Shown here: piece after piece, positions 19,550 to 29,303 of the stretch
Numbering within the stretch: position 1 is the stretch's first letter
Layout: the number at the start of each line of letters is the position of its first letter
From: Syntrophorhabdaceae bacterium
GTDB taxonomy: Bacteria; Desulfobacterota; Syntrophorhabdia; Syntrophorhabdales; Syntrophorhabdaceae
Length of the DNA stretch: 64,000 bases
Assembly (NCBI GenBank): GCA_963665295.1
Contig: OY762209.1
Coordinates: 5,024,001-5,088,000 of the forward strand
Direction: 5' to 3'
Translations under genes and position numbers: made by a program
The notes under the pieces: model-generated
The model's input: the letters and a program-made list of their open reading frames with translations, nothing else
What the model was told of the DNA's origin: nothing
The model's database searches: none

Positions 19550-19760
19550 GATATGTCTCTCCTTTTGTCATATGGCTGTGGTCAATGCACCAGCCCCGTG
19601 GAAACAAGGCCGCCGCCTCAGTGATTGAGCGCCGGCTGGACCTCAACGCAACGAATGAAACGGTGTCCCATGACACGTCCCGAAAGTTTGCTTTACATGG
19701 ATTTGCCGTTACTTGAATTCGAGACCTGGTCCCGGGCGCCCTTCAATCGCCCCAATCTAC

Positions 19761-19789
19761 ATTCTCTTTGTGTTATCGAAAGATGTCAA
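19761..19789 (-). promoter_or_regulatory. Possible sigma70 promoter of the protease-nuclease gene
   Basis: TTGACA(19789-19784)-17 bp-GAGAAT(19766-19761). Confidence 0.5.
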
Positions 19790-19853
19790 GCGGATTCTTT
19801 AGTCAATGTCGCGGTACACCGGTGAGACACTGCGTGTCGGGCCGAAGTGGAGA

Positions 19854-21224
19854 CTATGTTTCCTCTTCGCCTTTTGGCGCCGCTGCTGCCGCTGCTGCCG
19901 CGGCGGGTTTGTGGCGGCGGCGGGGCTTGCGGCGTCTTCTTCTCCGTTTCTTCGGCGGCGGTTCGTCGGCCGACGGCTCGGGAGCGGCTCCGGGCGGGTT
20001 CTCAAGACGGAAGGTTTCCCACCATTCGAGGGGGGTCCGGTGCTCTTTTGTTGTTTCCACTGCGAAGCGGAGATACTCCAGGGCTTCTGCGAATTCAGGC
20101 TTGGCGACAATGGATGCGGGCCGAAGGGGCGGCATCCTGTGCAATGAAGCCTGAAGGGCGAGGATAGCCCGCAGGCGGCTGCCGACCCGTCCGGGGACAG
20201 ACACGGTGGCGGAGATTTCTGTCATGAAAGCCGCGCACGATTCGTCCAGCGCCTTCTGGCGGGGGATGCCGTCGCGCTGACGGGCGAGGGCCGCCCTCTC
20301 TATGCTGGGACCGAAAAGGGCCGCGAGAAAAAGCGCGGGCGACACGGGCGTTCCGCTCCGATACAACTCATCGAGACCGGTAAGGTTTGCTTCCACCAAT
20401 GCCAGGCGACGGCTGCTTCCATACATCCAGCGACCGAGGGCGGGGAAAAGGGCAGTCAGGAGCCCGCTCTTCTCCATGAGGTCGAAAGCCGGTCGGGCGA
20501 ACCCAAGGAGGAAGAGTTTCTGTACCTCCTCGTAGAGCCTTGCCGCGGGAACCCGGGCAATGGTGGAGGAAAGGTCGCAGAGGCTCTCCCAGGCGGCGGG
20601 TTCTATGACGAAGTCATGGGAAGCGGCAAACCTGACCGCGCGGAGCATGCGCACGGGGTCTTCCGTAAACCGGACCCGGGGGTCGCCGATGGGATGAATC
20701 AGTCGCTGCTTAAGGTCGATCAGCCCCGTTGTGTAGTCGATAACCGAAGAATCGGCGATGTTGTAGGCAAGGGCGTTGATAGTGAAGTCGCGGCGGAACG
20801 CGTCTTCTTCCGGCGTTCCAAAGACGTTGTCCACAAGCACCATTCCGTCCTCGTCCTTAACGTGACGGGGAAGGCGTTTTACGTCGTCCGTGGTCTCTTC
20901 CACGTGGGCATCGGAAGGGACGGCGGTCCGTCGAAACGTGGATACTTCTATAATTTCATCCTGAAAGTGGAGATGAGCAAGGCGGAAACGACGGCCTATG
21001 AGGCGGCAGTTGCGGAAAAGCCGCTTGATCTGACCCGGTGTGGCGTTTGTGCCTATATCGAAGTCCTTGGGGGTCCGCCCCAAAAGCAGATCGCGGACGC
21101 ATCCGCCCACCAGGTGGGCGATGAAACCGTGGGAATGGAGCCGGTAGAGGGTCCTCAAGGCGTTAGGGCTCACCTGTTTTCTCGATATGCGGTGTTCCTT
21201 CCGGGAGATGATTTGTGGTCCCAC
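19854..21224 (-). CDS. pcnB: Poly(A) polymerase I
   Basis: LVGGCVRDLL, PKDFDIGT, PAP signature LIGRRFRLAHL, RRDFTINAL, EDPVRMLRA, basic RRRRRR tail; start moved to GTG 21224 (ORF open to 21275). Confidence 0.9.
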   Translation of the reverse strand: MGPQIISRKEHRISRKQVSPNALRTLYRLHSHGFIAHLVGGCVRDLLLGRTPKDFDIGTNATPGQIKRLFRNCRLIGRRFRLAHLHFQDEIIEVSTFRRTAVPSDAHVEETTDDVKRLPRHVKDEDGMVLVDNVFGTPEEDAFRRDFTINALAYNIADSSVIDYTTGLIDLKQRLIHPIGDPRVRFTEDPVRMLRAVRFAASHDFVIEPAAWESLCDLSSTIARVPAARLYEEVQKLFLLGFARPAFDLMEKSGLLTALFPALGRWMYGSSRRLALVEANLTGLDELYRSGTPVSPALFLAALFGPSIERAALARQRDGIPRQKALDESCAAFMTEISATVSVPGRVGSRLRAILALQASLHRMPPLRPASIVAKPEFAEALEYLRFAVETTKEHRTPLEWWETFRLENPPGAAPEPSADEPPPKKRRRRRRKPRRRHKPAAAAAAAAAPKGEEET

Positions 21225-21275
21225 TCCCTTTACCTTAGCACACTCCGCGGAAAAAACAAAATCCAAAGGCGGCAT

Positions 21276-22982
21276 CTAGTGGACGACCCCTATCGAACTT
21301 CCCACGGCCATGGCCGACAGGCTGCCTTCCACGGCTTTTATGGCGTCGGCGGCAGAACTCGTTATGCCCCCCGCGTAGCCCGAACCTTCGCCTATGGGGT
21401 AGAGGTTCTTCACGCTCACCGATTCATAGGCTGCGTTCCTTTTTATCTTTACGGGAGAGGAGGTTCTTGTCTCGGCGCCTAACAATATGGCATGGTGGGA
21501 AATAAATAAAGGATATTCCTCCCTCCATTTGCCGAATGCAGTGAGGAGCGAATCGGACACGAAGTCCGGGAAAAGTTCATTCATATCTATTGCCACGGCC
21601 CCCATCTTATACGAATTGCCGTTCAAACGGTCGGAGACCCTTCCCTCCATGAAATCCACCATATTCTGGGCAGGGACTTCCCATCTCCCTCCTGCCGCTT
21701 CAAAGGCCTTTCGTTCTATGTCCTTCTGGAACTCGATACCCGCCAGAGGATCGGTTGATTTGTAGTCATCCGTGTGACAGGTTACCACAATCGCCGCGTT
21801 TGAGAACGCCGACGACCTACCCGAGTAACTCATGCCGTTTACCACCATCATGCCGTTTTCGGAAGACGCGTTTATCACCTCGCCTCCGGGGCACATGCAG
21901 AAGGTGTACACGCCTCTCCCCTTCTCGCGGTCGGTGTAATTAAGAGAATAAACGGCGGCCCCCACTTGGGGGAAATTCCGGTATTTCTCGCCATACCTTA
22001 AAAGATTGATGATTTCAACGGGATGTTCCACCCTCACGCCCACGGCGATCGCCTTCTGCTCGACGGTGATGCCCTTCCTCAGGATCATCTCGAATGTGTC
22101 GCGGGCCGAATGTCCCACCGCGAGATAGACAAAAGAGGAGTGGTATTCCTGTTCGCCGTTTATCACCACGCCTGAAACTTTACCCTGAGATATGAGTATG
22201 TCCGTCATTCTCGCGTTGTAGCGGATCTCGCCGCCCTGCTCAAGTATATGGTTTCTCACATTCTTGACCACTTCACACAACACGTCCGTGCCCACGTGGG
22301 GTTTGCGCATATACCCTATTCTCGCGGGAGCGCCGAACCTGATAAAGGTCTCCAGCACCTTGTCCGCGTAGCCCGAGTTGTTGGCCCTGGAAAACAGCTT
22401 GCCGTCGGAATACGACCCCGCGCCGCCTTCACCGAACTGGATATTCGATTCCGGGTTCAACTCCCTTTCCTCAATGAACCGTCGTACATCCATGGAACGT
22501 TCTTCTATCCTTTTGCCCCTCTCAAAGATCAAGGGCTTGAAGCCATAGTCGATAAGTTCAAGGGCGGCGAACATGCCCGCAGGGCCGAAACCCACTATTA
22601 TCGGCCTCTCCGGGGCCTGTGTTGATCGCCCCCCGCGTCCATACCCCGGGATACGCTTCGGGGCGGGTATCTGCCGTTCGGCGTATACCGGAAAGTTCTC
22701 CAGGTTTTCGAAATCATCAGCGGCCTTTACCACGATCGAAACAATATAGTAAAACCGGTCCGGGCTGCTCGCGTCGAGGGATTTACTCAGTATCTTACGG
22801 AATTCCAACGCTGTTTCATCCGCCTTCAACCTTCGCGAGGCGGTCTTCATATATTCGTCCGTTCCGTCTTTTTCTACAGGTATCCGCAAATTGCGAATTA
22901 TCAGGTCCAAGAAACGCTCCGTCTTTTCAGATAACCGCCGGGCAACAGATATTCCCATTGCCTTCGCCGGATCAGTGGCCAT
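21276..22982 (-). CDS. Uncharacterised FAD-dependent oxidoreductase (HI0933/YhiN-like)
   Basis: IVGFGPAG, QFGEGGAG.YSDGKL, GHSARDT, YTFCMCPGG, GEGSGYAGGI.S.A.D; true start may be downstream. Confidence 0.88.
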   Translation of the reverse strand: MATDPAKAMGISVARRLSEKTERFLDLIIRNLRIPVEKDGTDEYMKTASRRLKADETALEFRKILSKSLDASSPDRFYYIVSIVVKAADDFENLENFPVYAERQIPAPKRIPGYGRGGRSTQAPERPIIVGFGPAGMFAALELIDYGFKPLIFERGKRIEERSMDVRRFIEERELNPESNIQFGEGGAGSYSDGKLFSRANNSGYADKVLETFIRFGAPARIGYMRKPHVGTDVLCEVVKNVRNHILEQGGEIRYNARMTDILISQGKVSGVVINGEQEYHSSFVYLAVGHSARDTFEMILRKGITVEQKAIAVGVRVEHPVEIINLLRYGEKYRNFPQVGAAVYSLNYTDREKGRGVYTFCMCPGGEVINASSENGMMVVNGMSYSGRSSAFSNAAIVVTCHTDDYKSTDPLAGIEFQKDIERKAFEAAGGRWEVPAQNMVDFMEGRVSDRLNGNSYKMGAVAIDMNELFPDFVSDSLLTAFGKWREEYPLFISHHAILLGAETRTSSPVKIKRNAAYESVSVKNLYPIGEGSGYAGGITSSAADAIKAVEGSLSAMAVGSSIGVVH

Positions 22983-23437
22983 GATTTGTAAGATTGTTAT
23001 CTCTTACGATGGAAAAAGTCTGTTGAATGCTTCCCGGCGTTCTTTCTGCACTTTCTTGCTTTCAACGCCCGTATTATACCACAAAACGGAGCTCCGGGTG
23101 TATTTGTCGGGGAAAAACCGCGCCATAACCCCATGATAAAGGTCCGACGGGGTCCCGAAGCTCACCTCGGAACAATCGGACCGGCGGTTGTCCGCATTGC
23201 GGCATGTGATCATCTCAAAGCTGCTGTTCCAGTATGTGGTGTGGGCGATCTCTATGGCGACCCTCCGGGCCTTTGTCGGTGCATGGGAGGCGTCCGTCCG
23301 TATTTGCTTTCGCCGTCTCTCCCTCCGAATGTTCACTGCCCCGGGGACGGTGTCGGTTCCGAATTCCTCTTTGGGGTCACATATTCACGGACACGGAGAG
23401 CGCGAAGCGGGAAAGCCGGTTCGTGCCCGGTGAAAAT

Positions 23438-23486
23438 CCCGTTGATTGTGTGACCCTTCCGTTTTCAAAGTGTCACACAACACGGG
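23438..23486 (-). terminator. Possible terminator after the aminotransferase
   Basis: CCCGT..TTGTGTGAC / GTCACACAA..ACGGG inverted repeat followed by ATTTT on minus strand. Confidence 0.4.
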
Positions 23487-23535
23487 CAAAACGGTTCTCA
23501 GTCGTCGAAATACCCATCCCTTTTCGGAAGACAGG

Positions 23536-24792
23536 TTATTTCCCGTATTTCTCGCTCACGTAGGCCATAGCCTCGTCTATCGATTTGGCCGTTATTTCCA
23601 GGTCCTCCTCGGTGTGCCTGTGGCAGATGTAGGCGTGGTGGTGAGGAGTGAAGAAGAGACGTCTCCGGATGAGCTGGGTGTAGAAGTCATCGCGCTTTGC
23701 CTTCTGGGTATTCGCTTCGTTCCTCTTGAAGGTTATGAAGAACATGGGCGCGACGCCACTCAGTTCGGCCCCCGTGTCGTACTTGTCGATGATACCCTGG
23801 ATTGTCTTCATGAAACGGGCGCCCTTTTCCCATATACCGGCGAGGACATTGTCACGCTCCAGTATCTCGATGGTTTTCAGAGCGGCAATGTAACCGTCGC
23901 TGTTTGGGAAGAAGGTGGAGGAAATGAAGAGTTTTTCCGCGGCAGCCATCATTACCTCGGCCTTGCCCGTCACCACGCTCAACGCATATCCGTTGGCCAT
24001 GCCTTTTCCGATAACCGCCAGGTCCGGCGTGACTTTGTAGAGTTCCTGGGCGCCGCCCATGGCGAGTCTGAAACAGGTCCGCACCTCGTCGAAGATCAGG
24101 ACCGCACCGTAGCGGTTCGCAAGGTCTCTCACGCCTTCGAGGAAACCGGTGGCGGGTTCTTCCATCTTCTGATGGATGGGGTGACCGAAGGGGGTCATGA
24201 TTATGGCGGCAGTCTCTTTTCCATACCGCTCCAGCAATTCTTCGAGCTGACTGAGGTTGTTGTAGCGAAATTCATGGACATCCTCATAAAGCTTCTCGGG
24301 GATACCCCCTTTCATTTCAACGCACCAGTCATGCCAGCCATGGTAGCCGGAACGTATGACCCTGGTCCGGCCCGTATAGGCCCTCGCGATACGAACGGCC
24401 GCGGTTGTCGCATCCGAACCGGTCTTCAGAAAGATGCTCATTTCGGAACACGGCACCAACTCCGTCAGTTTCTTCGCGAGATCGTTCTGATACTTCTGGG
24501 TAAGGGAGAAGCAGAAACCCTTGTCCTTGATCTGACGGATCACCGCGTCGTCCACTTCCTCTTCCCTGTAGCCCAGGATAATCGGCCCGTAACCACAGAG
24601 AAAGTCGATATATTCATTCCCGTCAACGTCGGTCAGTCTGCTTCCCTTGCCGGATTCCAGGAAAATGGGGTATTCCCCCACGATGAAATCGCCGGGCTTC
24701 CTCGCACCCAGGACCCCGCCGGGAACCAGTTTCTTCGCCTCTTCAAAAAGTTCCAGACTTTTTGTTATGTTCAGTTGTTCGACGTCTTTCAT
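23536..24792 (-). CDS. Class III PLP-dependent aminotransferase (GSA aminomutase-like)
   Basis: DVDGNEYID..GYGP..LG, KTGSDAT, GYHGWHDW, IFDEVRTCFR, PDLAVIGK.MANG. Confidence 0.9.
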   Translation of the reverse strand: MKDVEQLNITKSLELFEEAKKLVPGGVLGARKPGDFIVGEYPIFLESGKGSRLTDVDGNEYIDFLCGYGPIILGYREEEVDDAVIRQIKDKGFCFSLTQKYQNDLAKKLTELVPCSEMSIFLKTGSDATTAAVRIARAYTGRTRVIRSGYHGWHDWCVEMKGGIPEKLYEDVHEFRYNNLSQLEELLERYGKETAAIIMTPFGHPIHQKMEEPATGFLEGVRDLANRYGAVLIFDEVRTCFRLAMGGAQELYKVTPDLAVIGKGMANGYALSVVTGKAEVMMAAAEKLFISSTFFPNSDGYIAALKTIEILERDNVLAGIWEKGARFMKTIQGIIDKYDTGAELSGVAPMFFITFKRNEANTQKAKRDDFYTQLIRRRLFFTPHHHAYICHRHTEEDLEITAKSIDEAMAYVSEKYGK

Positions 24793-24815
24793 GGAGGTCT
24801 CCTTTGCGCTTTCGG

Positions 24816-25958
24816 CTAAATTATAAGCATCGATTTTACCGTTTCCGTCTGGTGTATCTTCGCGCCCCGCTTGAGCAGCTCACCAAGGAATTTTTCCGGA
24901 TCGATGCAGCCTTCCGGGGCGACTACCCCCTTCACGGTAACATCACCCGAGTCGAGCATGAGGGCCGCGATCGCGGCGGGAAGGCCTGTTCCCGGGGCCA
25001 TCCTCCCCACTATATCGGCCGTATAGGTCACCTGGTTTCCTCCCCTCTCTCCCTTAACGATCACCTTGAGGCCCGATGCAAGGGGACCCTTATCCCTGGT
25101 CTCGGGAATTGTGTCCCAGAGCCTGAGGGTGAGGTCATAGGGCGTGACTTTGGTCCCTTTTACCTCCACGGACTCCTTGCCGAGGAAACCCGTGTCCCTC
25201 TGCTCCTTGATCATTTCATCCACCCACGCGGGTATGAGGGCGCCCTTGATGACGACCTTTTTTACCCCTTTTATATAGCGCGGTATGGTGAGGGGCTGGG
25301 GGTGTCCCACGTAACGGACATTACACATGCCGAGGGGGGCGAGAAACTCCGCTGTCTCGCCGCCGGTACCGCCTTCGATGTACTCCAGCTTGCCGTCCAG
25401 ATACTGGGGGATTTTGCCCAGGGTCATGTGGAGGCTATGGTCCCACGCGGCGCCTGCCAGTTCCGCGATGCTCACCACCCAGAACAGGTGTATCTCGTCC
25501 ACGCGGTCCATCTTGTCCGCATACCATTTGACAATCACGTTGTTCGTGCCCGGGTCCGACCCCATTCCGGTGAGGACCGTTATTCCCGCCGCCTTCGCGG
25601 CGCCGTCGATGTCGGAGGCGAAAAGGATGTCCGCCGCCTCATAGTCATCGCAAATATCTATGTAATTGACCTTCGCGTCAACCGCGGCCCTTGCGACCGC
25701 CACTGCCGTCTTGTAGAACGGTCCCGCACAGTTGATCACCACGTCAACACTCTTTATCACATTGACGAGCCCGTCATGGTCGTTCACATCGACCTTGATG
25801 AGGGCGATCTTCTCACTGGCCCGAAGCTTGTCCTGGACCCTTTCCGGGTCCGTGTTTATGTCACCAAGAACAACCTTCGTAATGCGCTTCTGTTTTATCA
25901 GGTCCCTGGCTACTCCCTGGCCCATGCCGCCCGTTCCGCCCACGATCAATGCCTGCAT
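24816..25958 (-). CDS. Saccharopine dehydrogenase-like NAD(P)-dependent oxidoreductase
   Basis: GGTGGMG Rossmann motif, NCAGPFY, YIDICDD, GMGSDPG, GHPQP.T, GVVAPE. Confidence 0.88.
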   Translation of the reverse strand: MQALIVGGTGGMGQGVARDLIKQKRITKVVLGDINTDPERVQDKLRASEKIALIKVDVNDHDGLVNVIKSVDVVINCAGPFYKTAVAVARAAVDAKVNYIDICDDYEAADILFASDIDGAAKAAGITVLTGMGSDPGTNNVIVKWYADKMDRVDEIHLFWVVSIAELAGAAWDHSLHMTLGKIPQYLDGKLEYIEGGTGGETAEFLAPLGMCNVRYVGHPQPLTIPRYIKGVKKVVIKGALIPAWVDEMIKEQRDTGFLGKESVEVKGTKVTPYDLTLRLWDTIPETRDKGPLASGLKVIVKGERGGNQVTYTADIVGRMAPGTGLPAAIAALMLDSGDVTVKGVVAPEGCIDPEKFLGELLKRGAKIHQTETVKSMLII

Positions 25959-25975
25959 TCTCCCTCCTTCTTACT

Positions 25976-26032
25976 GCATACGGTATACCATCTTAATGAA
26001 ATAATGTTATATTAAATAATCAGACCTGTCAA
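25976..26032 (-). promoter_or_regulatory. sigma70 promoter plus GTATACCGTAT(G)C operator
   Basis: TTGACA(26032-26027) with AT-rich -10; operator 25976-25988 (1 mismatch to the sites at 32391 and 32673) just upstream of the RBS. Confidence 0.65.
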
Positions 26033-26112
26033 ACAAAAAAAATGGGGCCCAGAACCGAAATAATTCCGGATTCGCCTGTCATTACCCGTCTGCAAATCTG
26101 CTATAATTAATC

Positions 26113-26140
26113 TAAAGTTACATCACCATACGGGCGATAT
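26113..26140 (+). promoter_or_regulatory. Possible sigma28-like promoter of the HD-GYP gene
   Basis: TAAAGTTA-12 bp-GGCGATAT; a TGCTATAAT extended -10 also lies at 26099-26107. Confidence 0.4.
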
Positions 26141-26193
26141 ATCATCTGAGGCAATAAGAAGATATTCCGCTCACTCTTTGGAGACAGAAAAAC

Positions 26194-27585
26194 ATGAATA
26201 ATTCGGAAAAGGCTTCCCGGGGAACCAATGACGGGCATCACAAATATGAGTTCATCGCAAACACCGCCGAAGAATTCATGACACTTATCAACAGGGATTA
26301 TGTCTATGAATTTGTCAATGAGGCCTATTGCAAGGCCCACGGCAAAAGGAGGACGGATTTCCTCAACCACTCCGTTGCCGAAGTCTGGGGACAACAGGCG
26401 TTCGACGATATCATCAAGGATTACCTGGACCGGTGTTTCGCCGGTGACATAGTACGTTACGAGAACTGGTTCCAGTATTCGGGACGCGGGTTGCGATGCT
26501 ATTACGTTTCGTACTACCCCTACTTCAACGACAAGCGCGAGGTTACCCACGCAGTGGTGGTATCCTATGATATAACCGAGCGCAAGAAGACGGAAAAGGC
26601 CCTTAGCGACAGCGAAGTGAAGTATCGCAACATCTTTGAGAACGCGGTGGAAGGCATCTTTCAGAGATCGCCGGAGGGGCAATACCTGAGCGCCAATCCC
26701 GCCCTCGCAAGGATGATCGGGTACGAATCCCCGGAAGAGGCGGTAAAGGAAGCCCACAGCCTGCCCGGACAGGGATATGCGGACCCCGAAGACAGGACAA
26801 GGCTCATGGATGTCCTTGGAAGGGAAGGCAGTATCAGGGGATTTGAGGTCAGACACTACAGGAAGGATGGAAGCACCTTCTGGGCCCTCCTCAATATCCA
26901 TGCCGTCCAGGATTCCGAAGGCAGAGTCCTTTACCACGAGGGCACGATGGAGGACATTACCGGGCACAAGCTCGCGAGGGAAACCCTCACCCAGACCATG
27001 GAGCAACTCAGAAAGAGCCTGGTGGGCACCATTCAGGCCATGTCATTGACCGTAGAGACGAGAGACCCCTACACCGCGGGTCACCAGCGGAGAGTGTCGT
27101 CCCTGGCCCACGCAATCGCGCGGAAGATGGGTCTTTCGGAAGATACGATTGACAACATCAGGATGGCGGGCTCCATACACGACATCGGGAAACTCGCCGT
27201 ACCTTCGGATTTGCTGAGCAAGCCCACGAGGCTCATGGACATCGAATTCAACCTCATCAAGTATCATTCCCAGGCAGGGTACAACATTCTCAAGGACGCC
27301 CAGTTGCCTTACCCCATAGCCGAGATCGTCTTCCAGCACCATGAACGGCTCGACGGCTCGGGCTACCCCCAGGGGTTGAAGGGGGAGGAGATTCTCCCTG
27401 GAGCGAGGATCATCGCCGTGGCTGATGTGGTGGAAGCCATCTCATCCCACCGGCCCTACCGTCCTGCCCTCGGCATCGACGTAGCCCTGGAGGAAATCGA
27501 GAAGAATAAGGGTATCGCCTACGACAAAGAGGTAGCGGAAGCGTGTGCCCGCCTGTTCAGGGAAGAAGGCTTCCGGTTTGAATAA
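26194..27585 (+). CDS. PAS-PAS-HD-GYP cyclic-dinucleotide phosphodiesterase
   Basis: Two PAS/PAC units (DITERK, RKDGS..EDIT); RDPYTAGHQ, IHDIGK, HHERLDGSGYP, AVADVVEA..SHRPYR. Confidence 0.93.
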   Translation: MNNSEKASRGTNDGHHKYEFIANTAEEFMTLINRDYVYEFVNEAYCKAHGKRRTDFLNHSVAEVWGQQAFDDIIKDYLDRCFAGDIVRYENWFQYSGRGLRCYYVSYYPYFNDKREVTHAVVVSYDITERKKTEKALSDSEVKYRNIFENAVEGIFQRSPEGQYLSANPALARMIGYESPEEAVKEAHSLPGQGYADPEDRTRLMDVLGREGSIRGFEVRHYRKDGSTFWALLNIHAVQDSEGRVLYHEGTMEDITGHKLARETLTQTMEQLRKSLVGTIQAMSLTVETRDPYTAGHQRRVSSLAHAIARKMGLSEDTIDNIRMAGSIHDIGKLAVPSDLLSKPTRLMDIEFNLIKYHSQAGYNILKDAQLPYPIAEIVFQHHERLDGSGYPQGLKGEEILPGARIIAVADVVEAISSHRPYRPALGIDVALEEIEKNKGIAYDKEVAEACARLFREEGFRFE

Positions 27586-28768
27586 GTCGCGCCTCGGGGC
27601 CGTCTCCCTGTCTCCGCTGTCCGACCGTGCCTGACTCCTCGATGCAGGCTCCGGTCATGGCACGCCGTGTTGCCCGAACGGTCAACTCCCTGGCCTGACC
27701 CGGGTCGAGGGCGACAAAGGCGTCCCTTTGCAGGTTCTGTTCCGCGAGGGCACGGATCAACCCGTCTCTCGCGTCGTCAAACCTGTCCCACCCGAGTTGG
27801 AATACCTGATAATGGGCGGCTATACTCATTTCCGCCCCAAGGTCCATGTGTGCCCGGACTGCTTCAGCCGGTCCCATGTGCATACTGAACCGCGGCAGAC
27901 TGTCCGTCTGTCCGGGCGGCCTGAAAGGCGCGATGGGAAGGAGGGCTACCCTGACCGGCGCAAAACGTCGCGCGATCTCGCGGAAATGAGGACCATACCC
28001 CGTGTCCCCCGAATAAAAAAGATTCCCTCCGGGCCCTGAAACGACGAACCCTCCCCAGAGGGTCCTGTTCCTGTCCCACAGAGTGCGGGAAGAAAAGTGC
28101 ACCGCGGGAACCACGGTCACCGTGACGTCGGGAGACACGCGGACCGACTGCCACCAGTCGAGTTCGTCCACGCGGGCGATGCCCGTGCCCTCTACGAGGT
28201 CCAGGTTGCCCAATGTCACCACCGCACGGGGAACACCTTTTCTCGCGAGACGCCTCAACGTGGGAAGATCAAGGTGGTCGTAATGGTTGTGGGACAGAAG
28301 CACCACATCCACGGGAGGAAGGTCTTCGAAGGAGATACCCGGTTTCTTGTGCCGCTTGGGACCCGCCCACGAAACCGGGCTTGCCCGGTCCGACCATATA
28401 GGGTCCGTGAGGATGTTAAGCCCATTCATTTGGATAAGGAAAGTCGCATGGCCGACCGGAGTTACCCGAATTGTTCCCGAAGGCGCGCGAACCACAGGCG
28501 GTGGGCCCACCGGCACGTCAACCGTCTCCGGCCATTCAGGCATATCAGTACGGAAAACCCAGCGCCAGAGCCACCCCCGCCCACCCCGTCGAGGCTCCCC
28601 GACTGCTTCCACCCCGGGGTTAAAATACACTTTCCCGTCAAAGTGGCCCGAAACCTCCCCCGTCTTCCCCTGACCACCCCCTGCCCCGCACCCGGAAATC
28701 CCCACCAGGAGAATGACTGCCAGGATCAGTGCCGCAACAACCCGCAAGCCTCTTCTCTCACCCGTCAT
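27557..28768 (-). CDS. MBL-fold metallo-hydrolase (NAPE-PLD/RomA-like), lipoprotein
   Basis: ISGC lipobox; GHATFLIQ, LTDP.WS.R.SP, SHNHYDHLD, HFSSR, GDTGY. Confidence 0.88.
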   Translation of the reverse strand: MTGERRGLRVVAALILAVILLVGISGCGAGGGQGKTGEVSGHFDGKVYFNPGVEAVGEPRRGGRGWLWRWVFRTDMPEWPETVDVPVGPPPVVRAPSGTIRVTPVGHATFLIQMNGLNILTDPIWSDRASPVSWAGPKRHKKPGISFEDLPPVDVVLLSHNHYDHLDLPTLRRLARKGVPRAVVTLGNLDLVEGTGIARVDELDWWQSVRVSPDVTVTVVPAVHFSSRTLWDRNRTLWGGFVVSGPGGNLFYSGDTGYGPHFREIARRFAPVRVALLPIAPFRPPGQTDSLPRFSMHMGPAEAVRAHMDLGAEMSIAAHYQVFQLGWDRFDDARDGLIRALAEQNLQRDAFVALDPGQARELTVRATRRAMTGACIEESGTVGQRRQGDGPEARLIQTGSLLP

Positions 28769-28899
28769 AACCCTATCATTTTACAGTGAATGAATGTAAA
28801 AAGCGAGACCCCCCAACCAGTCCGGAGTCACCAATAAGCGGAAGCCTGCCGGAGGATACGCAGGCAGTTCTTAAGGGATCTCACCCCAGGACACCGTCC

Positions 28900-29026
28900 G
28901 ATATGGGGCGGTATTCTTTTGCAGATAGAGGCGACAAGTGGGATGTCCCGCAGGCGTACGGGAAGTACGTCGAGGACACATCCCGCGCAGGCAACGAAGA
29001 ACTGCGGAAGAAGACCGCCCCATATC
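28900..29026. repeat. 127-bp imperfect palindromic (REP/MITE-like) element
   Basis: GATATGGGGCGGT..GCAG / CTGC..ACCGCCCCATATC arms; inner GGGATGT/ACATCCC stem and CGTAC-GGGAA-GTACG apex. Confidence 0.7.
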
Positions 29027-29303
29027 AGCCGAAGCGGTACTGGACGCCCTCTCCCGGGCCAGGATAGCTCCAGTCCAGGGCCCCTTCCACGCAGGCGATC
29101 CGGCAGGTGCCGCATTCGAGGCAGCCTGCGTATTCCACCACCATCTCATCCGTCTCCTCGTTGTAGGAGTAAAGGTGGGCGGGACAGACAAAGAGGCAGG
29201 GACGGAGCGTGCATCTGGTGCGGCAGATGGGATGGTTGATCTTTATGTGGCTCTCCTTGCCGGTCCTGAAGGCGTCGAGGGCCAGTTTTTCTTCGATCTT
29301 CAT
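29025..29303 (-). CDS. fixX: FixX-like ferredoxin
   Basis: C..VCPA.LY, GCLECGTCR..C, W.YP..G.GV.YRFG. Confidence 0.9.
   Translation of the reverse strand: MKIEEKLALDAFRTGKESHIKINHPICRTRCTLRPCLFVCPAHLYSYNEETDEMVVEYAGCLECGTCRIACVEGALDWSYPGPGEGVQYRFG

Noticed and set aside
19640..19720. c-di-GMP-I riboswitch in the protease-nuclease leader (GGCAAA...GGGAC)
   Set aside because: Lacks the GAAA tetraloop, GCAAA junction and P3 receptor pattern.
23004..23336. 110-aa minus-strand ORF upstream of the FAD oxidoreductase
   Set aside because: No RBS or recognisable motif; cannot be supported.
28786..29067. 93-aa plus-strand ORF
   Set aside because: Spans the palindromic element, overlaps fixX antisense, has no RBS or motifs.
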